From Microcystis aeruginosa NIES-2549 (GTDB taxonomy: Bacteria; Cyanobacteriota; Cyanobacteriia; Cyanobacteriales; Microcystaceae), in contig NZ_CP011304.1 of the NCBI RefSeq assembly GCF_000981785.2, positions 2,310,001-2,342,000 of the forward strand: a stretch of DNA of 32,000 nucleotides, read 5' to 3'. The notes under the pieces were generated by a model. The model was not told where the DNA came from. It ran no database searches and saw only the letters and a list, made by a program, of their open reading frames with translations. Shown here in pieces: positions 15,890 to 25,666 of this stretch (position 1 is the first letter of the stretch; each line of letters opens with the position of its first letter). The position numbers were made by a program, and so were the translations under genes.

Positions 15890-18533
15890 TACTGTCATCA
15901 AAAATATCTAACTGCTGCAGAGAGGGGGAATTATCCGACTTAACTGGTTTAATTTTCTTAATTCCTTGACGCAAACCGATCGCAATTTTACTATGTTTTT
16001 CGATTTGACCCATCACCTGCATGGCACGATCGATCACAGAAGCTGGTAAACCGGCTAATCTCCCCGCTTCGATACCATAGGATTTATCCGCGCCTCCCGG
16101 TCGTACCTGGTGCAAAAATACTATCTCATGGGGTAATTCTTTGACTGTTACCTGATAATTGGCCACATTCTCTAAAATTGAGGCTAATTCATTCAGTTCG
16201 TGGTAGTGAGTGGCGAAAATCGTCCGCGATTGCAGTACCGTGGCTAAATACTCCGCTACAGACCAAGCTATGGATAAACCGTCAAAAGTGGCTGTCCCCC
16301 GGCCAATTTCGTCTAGTAATACTAATGATCTGTCCGTGGCGTGATTGAGAATATTGGCAGTTTCGTTCATTTCCACCATAAAGGTGGATTGGCCGGTAGC
16401 GAGGTCATCCACAGCCCCCACCCGGGTGAAAATGCGATCGCAGATGGAGATTTTGGCCGACTTTGCCGGGACAAAACTGCCGGTTTGGGCCAACAATTGA
16501 ATTAATCCCACCTGTCGCAGATAACAACTTTTGCCACTAGCATTGGGACCGGTGAGAATAATCAAGTCGGGGTATTCTAAACCTTCCTGATTGCCCAAAT
16601 TAATCGAATTCGGCACAAAAAAGCCGGCCCCCAGGGATTGTTCCACCACGGGATGACGACCATCTTTAATATCGATAAGACGACCATCGGCGATTTCTGG
16701 GCGACAATATCCCTGATAAACGGCAATTTCTGCCAATGCTGCCAACACATCCAAAGCGGCGACTTTTGTGGCCACTTCCCGAATTTCTGGGGAAAATTCG
16801 GCCACTTGACGGCGTAAATCGCTAAAAATCTCGTATTCTAACTTATTTAATTCATCTACTGCCGTCAGAATTATATTTTCTTTCTCCTTTAACTCGGTGG
16901 TGATATAACGTTCCTCATTGACTAAAGTTTGCTTACGCACATAATCTTTTGGGGCGAAATCAGCTTTACTGCGGGGTAAACTGATATAATAACCGAAAGT
17001 TTTGTTATAACTAACCTTAAGATTACTAATACCCGTTCTTTCTTTCTCTGTCGTCTCCAGATTCTTAAACCAATCGATTACTTCCTGATAGTCGCGCCGC
17101 AGGGCATCCAATTGGGCATCAATTCCCTCACGAATCACCCCCCCTTCCTTCAGATGCAGCGGAGGAGATTCCACCAGATGCGCTATCACCTGCTGGCCTA
17201 ATTTTTCCAAATCGGCGGGAATTTGCTGTAAAGCTTTCAAATAGGGCGAATTTCCCGAAGCAACCAAAGCCGCTAAATCGGCTAATTTGACTAAAGATGC
17301 CGCTAGGGAAAGTAAATCGCGGGCGTTAGCGGTTCCTGCACCTACACGACCGCTTAAACGTTCTATATCGTAGATTTCCCCTAATTTTTGCCTAATATCT
17401 TGGCGCAGGGCGGGATTATCCTTTAACTCTTGGATAGTATCCTGACGGGCGCGAATACCGCGAGAATCTAAGAGAGGTTGCAGTAACCAACGACGTAAAG
17501 CGCGACTACCCATGGCTGTACAAGTGCGATCAATCGCCCATAATAGAGAACCATAGAAGCTACCATCGCGCACCGTTTGGGTAATTTCAAGGTTACGACG
17601 GGTTTGCCCATCTAAAATCAAAAATTCGGAGATAGAGTAGGTTTTTAAGGGTTGTAGGGGGACTTGATTGGCTTTTTGGGTATCTTCAATGTATTCTAAT
17701 AGGCCTCCGGCTGCGCGAATAGCGAGGGGTAAATGTTCGCAGCCCATCCCCTCTAGGGAACGCATTTTATAGGTGATTAGGAGACGATTTTTCGCTTCTG
17801 TGAGAGTAAAGATATTTTGGGGACGGAGAGAATAACAAAAACTATCGGGTAAACAGGGGGGGAGATGGTCGGATTTTTCCCCAGGACGCAAAATACGGTT
17901 TAAATCGGGGGCATTGATGGGAAAAAGGATTTCCGAGGGCTGTAAACGGCTTAATTCTAGGCTTAAAGCCGTTAAATCACTGGCTTGGGTGGTGTAGAAT
18001 TCTCCGGTGGAGATATCTGAATATGCTAATCCCCAATTTTCTCCGGTAATCACCACTGCGGCCAGAAAATTATTCTTTTTTGCGTTTAACATTCCCTCAT
18101 CGGTGAGGGTTCCGGGGGTGAGCAGTTTGGTGATAGCGCGTTCTACGAGCCGTTTTTCGGCGGCTGCTTCCGTTGAATCCTCTACCTGGTCACAAATCGC
18201 CACCGCATAGCCTTTTTCCACCAATAAACGACTATAGCGCTCTAGGGCGTGGTGGGGAACCCCGGTCATGGCGACTCTCCCAATCCCTTTACCTCCCTCT
18301 TTGCTGGTGAGAACTAATTCCAATTCTCTGGAGATAATCACCGCATCCTGAAAGAAACACTCGAAAAAATCGCCCACACGATAGAGTAAAAGGGCATTGG
18401 GATAGGTTTCTTTTACCTCCACATAATGCTGGTACATGGGGGTGAGTTTATCGCGATCAAGTCCGCGATAATCACGATGGGGAGCTTTATTGGTAGCCAG
18501 TGGTTCTAGGGGAAAATCCGAGGGGAGAGTCAT
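15885..18533 (-). CDS. mutS: DNA mismatch repair protein MutS
   Basis: Contains [11 protein letters not shown] (mismatch-binding domain), Walker [16 protein letters not shown] and the TFATHYHEL ATPase motifs. I prefer ATG 18533. The ORF track uses TTG 18566, 11 codons upstream. Confidence 0.95.
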   Translation of the reverse strand: MTLPSDFPLEPLATNKAPHRDYRGLDRDKLTPMYQHYVEVKETYPNALLLYRVGDFFECFFQDAVIISRELELVLTSKEGGKGIGRVAMTGVPHHALERYSRLLVEKGYAVAICDQVEDSTEAAAEKRLVERAITKLLTPGTLTDEGMLNAKKNNFLAAVVITGENWGLAYSDISTGEFYTTQASDLTALSLELSRLQPSEILFPINAPDLNRILRPGEKSDHLPPCLPDSFCYSLRPQNIFTLTEAKNRLLITYKMRSLEGMGCEHLPLAIRAAGGLLEYIEDTQKANQVPLQPLKTYSISEFLILDGQTRRNLEITQTVRDGSFYGSLLWAIDRTCTAMGSRALRRWLLQPLLDSRGIRARQDTIQELKDNPALRQDIRQKLGEIYDIERLSGRVGAGTANARDLLSLAASLVKLADLAALVASGNSPYLKALQQIPADLEKLGQQVIAHLVESPPLHLKEGGVIREGIDAQLDALRRDYQEVIDWFKNLETTEKERTGISNLKVSYNKTFGYYISLPRSKADFAPKDYVRKQTLVNEERYITTELKEKENIILTAVDELNKLEYEIFSDLRRQVAEFSPEIREVATKVAALDVLAALAEIAVYQGYCRPEIADGRLIDIKDGRHPVVEQSLGAGFFVPNSINLGNQEGLEYPDLIILTGPNASGKSCYLRQVGLIQLLAQTGSFVPAKSAKISICDRIFTRVGAVDDLATGQSTFMVEMNETANILNHATDRSLVLLDEIGRGTATFDGLSIAWSVAEYLATVLQSRTIFATHYHELNELASILENVANYQVTVKELPHEIVFLHQVRPGGADKSYGIEAGRLAGLPASVIDRAMQVMGQIEKHSKIAIGLRQGIKKIKPVKSDNSPSLQQLDIFDDSK

Positions 18534-18718
18534 GGGTGAAAGAAAGCTGGACAATTCTTTATTCAATTTACCGCTCTTGAGAACCTACGATCAAAGAATC
18601 CCAATAGCCTAGGCTGCTGGTTCCCGTTATCCAACCCAGAATTAACATCTGAGCTATCTGGGTGGATTTGATATCATACTAAATCCAGTTATTAAAAACT
18701 GATTATGTATTCCCCCTT

Positions 18719-18746
18719 TTGCCTCTTGCCTCTTGCCTTTTGCCTG
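18719..18746. repeat. heptanucleotide tract, family C (TTGCCTY), 4 units
   Basis: ttgcctc ttgcctc ttgcctt ttgcctg. It lies upstream of mutS. Confidence 0.85.
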
Positions 18747-18826
18747 TCCTTATAAGTAGCCTATGCTCAACGGATTTATTATCATTCCCTGTCTGAGAAT
18801 TATATTTTTGTTAATAACAGTTATTT

Positions 18827-19573
18827 TTAAGGGGCGGGCTGCATTCTTTTAGTATAGACTTCGGCAGGATTAATTGAGGTGGTTATATCTTCTAAATCAA
18901 ATTTTCGCAGGGTTTTATCTTTGGTATTAACCTGATAAACCAAACGATTAGTGATATCTAATCCAGTTAACCAATTACTGTGGGAATGATAGGCTCCCGT
19001 GTCGATATCTAACCAACCGGCACCGGCGACTAATTGCCCCGGATTTACCCCCGGAAAAGTAAAAGTAATCGTGTGGCCAGTGATAATTAATTTATCACTA
19101 AAAAAAGGTTCCGGCATACTGTGGAATTCATCGCGGATCCAACAAAAATGAGCAGCATCTTGTTCTTCGAGGGGTAAATGGGGATGAACCCCGGCATGAA
19201 CCAGCCAAATATCGCCTAAATCGAGGTAAAGAGGCAAGGTTTTCAGCCAATCGATGTGATCTTGCGGTATTTTGTGGTTATAGCTAAAAAGAGTAGTATT
19301 ACCGCCATTATAAAGCCAACCTGGCAACATTTCCCCCATCATTCTTTGGCTGCCCAACACCTCTAGCAGCATCTGTTCATGATTGCCTAATAGACAACGA
19401 TAGCGGTGTTGACGAACAAATTCAACCACTTGGGCACTATTGGGACCACGATCAATTAAATCGCCCAAGAAATAAACTGGTTCCTTTTCTTGAGGCGCGA
19501 TTGCTTCCATTAGCTGCAAAAGAGCATCGTATTGACCGTGAACGTCACCGATGATGATTCGACGGGAGGACAT
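18827..19573 (-). CDS. metallophosphoesterase (PPP-family Ser/Thr phosphatase / ApaH-like)
   Basis: All PPP motifs are intact: GDVHGQ, GDLIDRGP, GNHE, VHAG, GHT. Confidence 0.88.
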   Translation of the reverse strand: MSSRRIIIGDVHGQYDALLQLMEAIAPQEKEPVYFLGDLIDRGPNSAQVVEFVRQHRYRCLLGNHEQMLLEVLGSQRMMGEMLPGWLYNGGNTTLFSYNHKIPQDHIDWLKTLPLYLDLGDIWLVHAGVHPHLPLEEQDAAHFCWIRDEFHSMPEPFFSDKLIITGHTITFTFPGVNPGQLVAGAGWLDIDTGAYHSHSNWLTGLDITNRLVYQVNTKDKTLRKFDLEDITTSINPAEVYTKRMQPAP

Positions 19574-19658
19574 GATAGTAGAAATTGGGTATCTGTGTTA
19601 TTGTCCCTCGATCGGGACTAATTCTAATATGCCCAGTTGAGACTTAGAAATTAACATT

Positions 19659-19707
19659 GATTCAAGAAAGCCGTCAGACATCAGGAGTCAGGAGACAGCC
19701 TTGAATC
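19659..19707. repeat. hairpin-forming module carrying a GTCAGGA-type heptamer insert
   Basis: GATTCAAG-aa-AGCCGTCAG-[acatcaggagtcaggagacag]-CCTTGAATC. The uninterrupted module occurs inverted at 11672-11689. The motif GTCAGGAGTCAGGAGAC recurs at 31243-31259. Confidence 0.7.
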
Positions 19708-19978
19708 AGTTATCAGTTAAGCTAAGACGCATTTAAAACGCTTATTATTAAGATTAGCCGAATCTCCCCCAATCCTTTTACTGTTGGCTTTTGCAAGAGT
19801 GCCTCTTGCCTCGTCTCAACAAGCAATTTAAATACTTAACAGCTGATCAAATGTGAGTTTTCAGTTCACTGATGAAAAACCTCCAATCCGTCCAAATGTT
19901 AAGTTAAGTATCGAAGATCGGCATCTTCATCACCCAGTAGTAATATAATCACTGAGTTATCAACTTTGATCCTTGAGT

Positions 19979-21001
19979 ATGACTGCATTCACCACAACCC
20001 CCACCCTTGCCAATTTACCCGCCAGTGACAGCCGTAGCCGCGTCAGTGAATTTATGAAATCCCTACAGGATGAAATTTGTCAGGGATTAGAAGAAGTGGA
20101 TGGACAAGCAAAATTTATCGAAGATAGTTGGCAACGGCCCGAAGGTGGCGGCGGACGTTCGCGAGTTTTGCGGGAAGGGGCAATTTTTGAACAAGCAGGG
20201 GTGAATTTTTCGGAAGTTTGGGGGAAAGAATTACCTCCTAGCATTGCCAAACAACGGCCCGAGGCTGCCGGTCATCAATTTTATGCCACGGGAACCTCGA
20301 TGGTCTTGCATCCTCACAATCCTTATATTCCCACGGTTCACCTCAATTATCGCTATTTTGAAGCCGGTCCAGTTTGGTGGTTTGGCGGCGGTGCCGATTT
20401 AACTCCCTACTATGCTTTTGAAGAAGATGCTAGTCATTTTCATCGCACTTTTAAACAGGTTTGCGACCAACATCATCCTGAATATTATCCCGTTTTTAAA
20501 CGCTGGTGTGATGAATATTTTTATCTCAATCATCGTCAGGAAGCCAGAGGCATCGGCGGGATTTTCTTTGATTACCAAGACGGTTTAGACCCTCTCTATC
20601 GGGGTCCTTTTGCCGAAAGTGATGCCGCTATCTATTCAGAAAAATTATCTCCCCAACAACCCCGCAACTGGGAAGAAATTTTTAGTTTTATTAATGACTG
20701 TGGCCGAGCTTTTCTACCCGCTTACGTTCCCATTGTCCAGAAACGCCACTCGACGGAATACGGTGACAGAGAACGTCAGTTTCAACTCTATCGTCGCGGT
20801 CGTTATGTAGAATTTAATTTAGTTTATGATCGTGGCACAATTTTTGGGCTGCAAACTAACGGTCGTACCGAGTCGATTTTGATGTCTTTACCTCCTTTAG
20901 TCCGTTGGGAATACTGTTATCAACCTGCACCCAATACCCCAGAAGCAAAACTCTATGATGTCTTCCTAAAACCCCAAGATTGGGTTAATTGGCAAGGTTA
21001 A
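19979..21001 (+). CDS. hemF: oxygen-dependent coproporphyrinogen III oxidase
   Basis: HemF signatures: [66 protein letters not shown] chose ATG 19979; the ORF track uses TTG 19973. Confidence 0.95.
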   Translation: MTAFTTTPTLANLPASDSRSRVSEFMKSLQDEICQGLEEVDGQAKFIEDSWQRPEGGGGRSRVLREGAIFEQAGVNFSEVWGKELPPSIAKQRPEAAGHQFYATGTSMVLHPHNPYIPTVHLNYRYFEAGPVWWFGGGADLTPYYAFEEDASHFHRTFKQVCDQHHPEYYPVFKRWCDEYFYLNHRQEARGIGGIFFDYQDGLDPLYRGPFAESDAAIYSEKLSPQQPRNWEEIFSFINDCGRAFLPAYVPIVQKRHSTEYGDRERQFQLYRRGRYVEFNLVYDRGTIFGLQTNGRTESILMSLPPLVRWEYCYQPAPNTPEAKLYDVFLKPQDWVNWQG

Positions 21002-21064
21002 ATCAGTTATCAGTTATCAGTTATCAGTTATCAGTTATCAGTTATCAGTTTACTGTTCACTGAA
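21002..21064. repeat. heptanucleotide tract, family A: 7 perfect ATCAGTT units plus TACTGTT and CACTGAA
   Basis: It begins at the nucleotide after the hemF stop. Perfect units occupy 21002-21050. The tract ends with TACTGTTCACTGAAAA, 40 nt before the tilS start. Confidence 0.95.
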
Positions 21065-21106
21065 AATACTTCCCACATCATTGTCAAGTAAATAAATCTA
21101 AAAATT

Positions 21107-22081
21107 TTGGCTAATTTTTGGACACCTCTCCATACTCGTCTGGAAACCACAGTCAAAAAGGGACAATTACTACCTAAAAATGCGTCTCTGTTAGTGGCAT
21201 TGTCGGCAGGCCAGGATTCTCTCTGTTTAGGTCAATTATTGCTGGATTTGCGCTCTCGTTGGGGTTGGCAACTAGCGATCGCTCATTGTGATCACCGTTG
21301 GTCCCAGGACCGAGGATTAGTGGATCATGTGCGTAAAATCGCCGAAATTTGGCAATTACCCGTTTATATTGCCACCGCACCCCCCATGGCGGAAACGGAA
21401 GCCAAGGCCCGACAATGGCGTTATCAAGCTTTACAAACAATCGCCCAAGAACAGGGTTTTAATTATCTTCTCACGGCACACACGAGGAGCGATCGAGCGG
21501 AAACTTTTCTTTATAATCTCATGCGCGGGGCGGGTAGTGATGGACTTTCTGCCTTAACTTGGTTGACAAGTTTAACCCCAGATATTTTTTTAGTCCGTCC
21601 CCTCTTAAATGTCACTCGCGAGGAAACTTTCGCTTTTTGTCAAAGTCGAGAATTACCGATCTGGTACGATCTAGCTAATGAAAATTTACGCTATGCTCGC
21701 AATCGCATCCGTCGGGAATTATTACCCTACCTGCAAACTAATTTAAATCCCCAAATTGAAAAACATCTCGCCCAAACTGCCGAAATTTTGGAGGCAGAAA
21801 GCGATTATTTAGATAGTATTGCCCGGGATATTTTTCGTCAGGTTATCGATCTAGATCAACAAAGACTCGATCGCTCCCCTTTACAAATTCTACCTCTAGC
21901 GATACAAAGACGAGTGATTCGTTTATTTTTAGCTCAATATTTACCCTCATCCCCTAATTTCGCCGAAGTTGAGTCAGTGGTTAATCTCATTACTGGTGTT
22001 AATCGCGATGCCACTTCTTCCTTAACCGGCAAAATTCAGGTAGAAGTACAACAAAATTGGCTATATATCAGTTATCAGTGA
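21107..22081 (+). CDS. tilS: tRNA(Ile)-lysidine synthetase
   Basis: 324 aa. PP-loop region ALSAGQDSLCL, HCDHRW, and TAHTRSDRAETFLYNLMRG. There is no ATG upstream of the PP-loop, so a TTG start at 21107 is assumed. The last codons and the stop lie in a heptamer tract. Confidence 0.88.
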   Translation: MANFWTPLHTRLETTVKKGQLLPKNASLLVALSAGQDSLCLGQLLLDLRSRWGWQLAIAHCDHRWSQDRGLVDHVRKIAEIWQLPVYIATAPPMAETEAKARQWRYQALQTIAQEQGFNYLLTAHTRSDRAETFLYNLMRGAGSDGLSALTWLTSLTPDIFLVRPLLNVTREETFAFCQSRELPIWYDLANENLRYARNRIRRELLPYLQTNLNPQIEKHLAQTAEILEAESDYLDSIARDIFRQVIDLDQQRLDRSPLQILPLAIQRRVIRLFLAQYLPSSPNFAEVESVVNLITGVNRDATSSLTGKIQVEVQQNWLYISYQ

Positions 22082-22179
22082 TCAGTTATCAGTGATCAGA
22101 TTACAGTTTTAAGTGGACAGTGTTAGGGGAAAACTTCGCTACTTTCTTTTCACTGATTACTGTTCACTGAAAAAAACCC
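22067..22179. repeat. family A heptamer tracts in inverted orientation around a roughly 56-nt spacer
   Basis: (ATCAGTT/ATCAGTG)n lies at 22067-22108 and CACTGATTACTGTTCACTGAAAAAAA at 22151-22179. 22075-22094 pairs with 22151-22170 at 18/20 positions. The tilS stop (22079-22081) lies inside the left arm. Confidence 0.85.
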
Positions 22180-22283
22180 ATCTCCCCATTCTAGTTATCT
22201 GTAGCTAACTTTTACAGCAATTAGTTTAAAGATAAACTAAAATAGTAATACAATTAAACTAAAAATAAAATTGGCGGAGCATA

Positions 22284-24584
22284 ATGAGCGAAACTAAAGT
22301 AATTAATCGAGAAAATTTACTGGTAAATCTCCGGCAACAACTGCGAGCCGGACAACAGGAATTAGCCGATTGGCAAGGGGGAAAAATGGCCATTTCTGCG
22401 GTGCCGGGAGCGGGAAAATCCCACAGTTTGGCCGTAGCTGCCGCCATGGTTATTGCTCGTGAGCAACTTCATGCTAAAAAACAGTTAATTATTGTCACCT
22501 ACACGCGCTCGGCTGCCGCTAGTATTAAAGCTAAAATTAAACAACGCTTGCAAGATTTACAACTTTCGGCCCAAGGTTTCAGCGTCCAAACTCTGCACGG
22601 ACTGGCTCTACAATTGGCCCGTCGTTACCCGGAATTATCGGGATTAGACCTCGAATCTTCTACCTTAGTTATTCCGACTCCTAGCCACAGAATTATTAGA
22701 AACTCGGTGGAAAAATGGCTAATTGCCGACCCAATTCGTTATCAAAAGTTATTAGAAGGAGTGGAATTTGATGGGGAAGAAACAGAAAGATTACGCCGTC
22801 AATCGGTGCTGAGAACCGAAATTTTACCTAGTCTTGCCTATACGGCCATTCATGAGCTAAAAAGTTCGGGATTATCACCGCAGCAAGTCTGGGAATTAAG
22901 CCACTATACCGAAGATAATTATCAAATTCTCGCTATTGCTAGTGGTTTGTACCAACAGTATGAAATCCTGATGCGTCAGAAAAACTATATAGATTATGAT
23001 GACATGATTTTAGGAGCCTTGCGAGTATTAGAGGAAGAAAAAATTCGCCGACAATGGCAAAAATCTGTCTTTGGAGTCTTTGAAGATGAGGCACAGGATT
23101 CTAGTCCTCTCCAAGAAAAACTAATTACTATTTTAGCAAAAAATAATGACGGGGAAATACCTAATTTAATTCGCGTCGGCGATCCCAATCAAGCCATTAA
23201 TTCTACCTTTACCCCCGCCGATCCTGTTTACTTTAATTGGTTTTGTGAAAGTTGTCAAAACGAAGGCAATTTATCCACTATGAACCAAGCAGGTCGCAGC
23301 AATACTAAAATTATCGAAGCTGCTAATTTAGTGTTACAATGGGTCGATCGAGATTGGAAACAGGGAAAAGATAATCATAAAGTTACCGAGGCTCCTTTTC
23401 GAGTTCAAGCGATTCTTCCCGTCAGCGCCGAAGATCCCCAACCTAATCCAGTCAAGGAGGGAAAAGGATTAGAAATTTATCAACCCGATGACATTTATCA
23501 AACAGTAGAATTAATTGAAAAACGTCTAGTTAAATTACTCCAAGAAAATCCTCAACATAATGCCGCTATCCTCGTTAGAGAAAATCGACAAGGACACTTT
23601 TTTGCTCAAAAATTCGCCCATTTTTATAAAAGTTATCAAATCAGAATTTTTGAAGCTAATGAGATCGATCGCTTTTCCCAAATTCCCGCCGAAATGCTGA
23701 AACTATTGGCTTTTGTCGAACGTCCCCACTCTCCCGATTATCTGAAAGCGGCCTTAGAAGTGCTACAATTGAGGGGTTTAATTACTGCCCAAGACTTAAA
23801 TCCTTTAGTTACCTATCCCGAACAATTTCTTTATCCCACTCCCCTCGATCCTGAACTGAAATCTAACGAAAAAATCGCCCGTCGTTATTGCTGCAGTTTA
23901 CTAAAAGCTAGATTAGAATTACCCCATTATCAACTCCTGTCTTTTTTCGCTATGACTCTCCAATATTCGGGGTCAGAATTAGCCACATTGCAAAAATTAA
24001 CCGCCCGTATTTATCAGGAAACTGCTGGTAATAGTTCTCTCAAAAATACAATTAATACTCTTAATGAAATTATCGCCTCTGAGCGCTTTGAAGGAGTGGA
24101 AGAAGATAACGACGATTGTTATACTCGTCCCGGACAACTGACGATTATTACTATGCACAAAGCCAAGGGTTTAGACTGGAATTATGTTTTTATTCCCTTT
24201 CTTCACGAAGATATTATCCCTGGCAAACCTTGGGTCCCCAATGGGGCGAAATTTTTGGGAGATTTTACCCTCGCAGAAGTGGCCCGGGCGCAAATTCGAG
24301 CAGCGGTTCATCAACGCTATTTAAACCCCGACAGCATACCAATTATTCCCCCACCTTTAAGCGCTTGGTTAGAAGCTGGACAACTTAAAAAAGCTGAAGA
24401 ATACCGACTTTTGTATGTAGCGATGACACGAGCAAAAAGACTTTTATGGATGTCGAGTGAAAAAAAAGCTCCCTTCCGTTGGAACACTTTTCGCGGAGAT
24501 GAAAGTAGTCAATTACAGGATAAAAATCCCTGTCCTGTCTTTCCTGTTTTAATCAATGCTTTCCCCGATTCTTTCTGTGTTTAA
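22284..24584 (+). CDS. UvrD/REP-family (SF1) DNA helicase
   Basis: 766 aa. Walker A PGAGKSHS, motif II VFEDEAQDSSP, motif III GDPNQAINS, motif V/VI TMHKAKGLDWNYVFIP, and LLYVAMTRAKRLLW. Confidence 0.88.
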   Translation: MSETKVINRENLLVNLRQQLRAGQQELADWQGGKMAISAVPGAGKSHSLAVAAAMVIAREQLHAKKQLIIVTYTRSAAASIKAKIKQRLQDLQLSAQGFSVQTLHGLALQLARRYPELSGLDLESSTLVIPTPSHRIIRNSVEKWLIADPIRYQKLLEGVEFDGEETERLRRQSVLRTEILPSLAYTAIHELKSSGLSPQQVWELSHYTEDNYQILAIASGLYQQYEILMRQKNYIDYDDMILGALRVLEEEKIRRQWQKSVFGVFEDEAQDSSPLQEKLITILAKNNDGEIPNLIRVGDPNQAINSTFTPADPVYFNWFCESCQNEGNLSTMNQAGRSNTKIIEAANLVLQWVDRDWKQGKDNHKVTEAPFRVQAILPVSAEDPQPNPVKEGKGLEIYQPDDIYQTVELIEKRLVKLLQENPQHNAAILVRENRQGHFFAQKFAHFYKSYQIRIFEANEIDRFSQIPAEMLKLLAFVERPHSPDYLKAALEVLQLRGLITAQDLNPLVTYPEQFLYPTPLDPELKSNEKIARRYCCSLLKARLELPHYQLLSFFAMTLQYSGSELATLQKLTARIYQETAGNSSLKNTINTLNEIIASERFEGVEEDNDDCYTRPGQLTIITMHKAKGLDWNYVFIPFLHEDIIPGKPWVPNGAKFLGDFTLAEVARAQIRAAVHQRYLNPDSIPIIPPPLSAWLEAGQLKKAEEYRLLYVAMTRAKRLLWMSSEKKAPFRWNTFRGDESSQLQDKNPCPVFPVLINAFPDSFCV

Positions 24585-24788
24585 CTGTTGCTGCATCGTC
24601 CTCGGATAAAGAATTAGAAAGACAAACCACCAGAGGAGTATAGGAATAGATAGGAGTAGGGTTAACCAGAGACGCTGAGTTAAAAACCAACACCCAGCAA
24701 TTAGGGTAATTCCTGTCAATAAAATCGACCAAGGTTGACACCAACGGGGTTTGTGGTCCCAAACGCTACTAGATTTCGAGTTAGACAT
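24549..24788 (-). CDS. small membrane protein (2 TM), conserved-hypothetical type
   Basis: 79 aa with an ATG start. Two hydrophobic helices (WSILLTGITLIAGCWFL, LTLLLSIPILLWWFVFLILY). Its 3' end overlaps the helicase 3' end by 36 nt, convergently. Confidence 0.6.
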   Translation of the reverse strand: MSNSKSSSVWDHKPRWCQPWSILLTGITLIAGCWFLTQRLWLTLLLSIPILLWWFVFLILYPRTMQQQLNTERIGESID

Positions 24789-24867
24789 TGGTTAAGGGGC
24801 GGTAATTTACTAACTTGATTTTATCGTACCTGACTATTCAGATAACTGCTACAATTTTGGGTAATTC

Positions 24868-25015
24868 TAAGTAGGTGGGTGGAATTAAATATAAAATGAA
24901 CGTAGGTTGGGCTTCGGCCGTGAGCTCAGCCGAACGGTTGAAGCATGAAACCCAACGCCTGCTCATGTTACGCTACCGCTAACCCATCCTACAAATAATT
25001 GTGCCTACCTACTTA
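24868..25015. mobile_element. MITE-like nested palindromic element (148 bp)
   Basis: The terminal inverted repeat is TAAGTAGGTGGG (24868-24879) against CCTACCTACTTA (25004-25015), 11/12 complementary. Inside it are GTTGGG...CCCAAC and TTCGGC-cgtgagctca-GCCGAA stems. There is no coding capacity. Confidence 0.5.
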
Positions 25016-25060
25016 TCAATAGATTTTCTTATCTCTAGACAAACTAAGCTAAATTTTCCT

Positions 25061-25627
25061 ATGATTGATGTCTTTTATCCGATTCCCAAGCTGTTAGATA
25101 CTATTCTGACGGAGATTTATGCCGAAAATCGCCGTAAACATGAAGAAAGAATGGCAGAATTACAAGTAATCTCTAATTCGTCCCTTCGCGATGCCTACGC
25201 CCAACAGCTATTATTAGATCGATTTCTTGCTCCCGTGGAAAATGCTCAACATAGCATTCAAAATGCCGCTAAACACGCTCAGTACATGGCAGAAGTAGTT
25301 AATTATTATCATCATGACCATGGCTGTAGTCAAGAGCAAGCTCAAGAAATATCCCGTCAATTTCGGGCTTTAGCGGTTAAAATTTCTCAAATTGACTCTC
25401 TTTACGATTTAAAAATCATTTATCAAGTGGTTACTGTTTTCACCCAGCAATTATCAAGATTTAAACACCGAGAAAGAAATTATTCTTGGGAAAGGGAAAT
25501 CAGAAAGGGTATTTTAGATCCCTTAAATACCTGCATTGCTGTGGAGAAAAATTTTCAAAGACGGGTAGCTTTGATGACTGGTGAAACCGCATCAGCTAAG
25601 GTAATGGGATTATTAGAGTCAGAATAG
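25061..25627 (+). CDS. hypothetical protein (helical, no recognised family)
   Basis: 188 aa from ATG 25061 (MIDVFYPIPKLL...). The GTG 25001 start in the ORF track lies inside the terminal repeat of the upstream MITE-like element, so I rejected it. Confidence 0.6.
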   Translation: MIDVFYPIPKLLDTILTEIYAENRRKHEERMAELQVISNSSLRDAYAQQLLLDRFLAPVENAQHSIQNAAKHAQYMAEVVNYYHHDHGCSQEQAQEISRQFRALAVKISQIDSLYDLKIIYQVVTVFTQQLSRFKHRERNYSWEREIRKGILDPLNTCIAVEKNFQRRVALMTGETASAKVMGLLESE

Positions 25628-25666
25628 ACAATAGATACTGACTCTAGGGACATTTTTGGGGGAGTT

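Noticed and set aside
21200-21235. The TilS PP-loop reads SAGQDS instead of the canonical SGGxDS
   Set aside because: A single conservative Gly-to-Ala change. Without an alignment of cyanobacterial TilS proteins I cannot say it is unusual. The rest of the protein is intact.
22284-24584. UvrD-like helicase as part of a defence system (for example a Gabija GajB-like component)
   Set aside because: There is no partner ATPase/Toprim nuclease or other defence gene adjacent. It is flanked by tilS and a small membrane protein, so it looks like a conserved housekeeping SF1 helicase.
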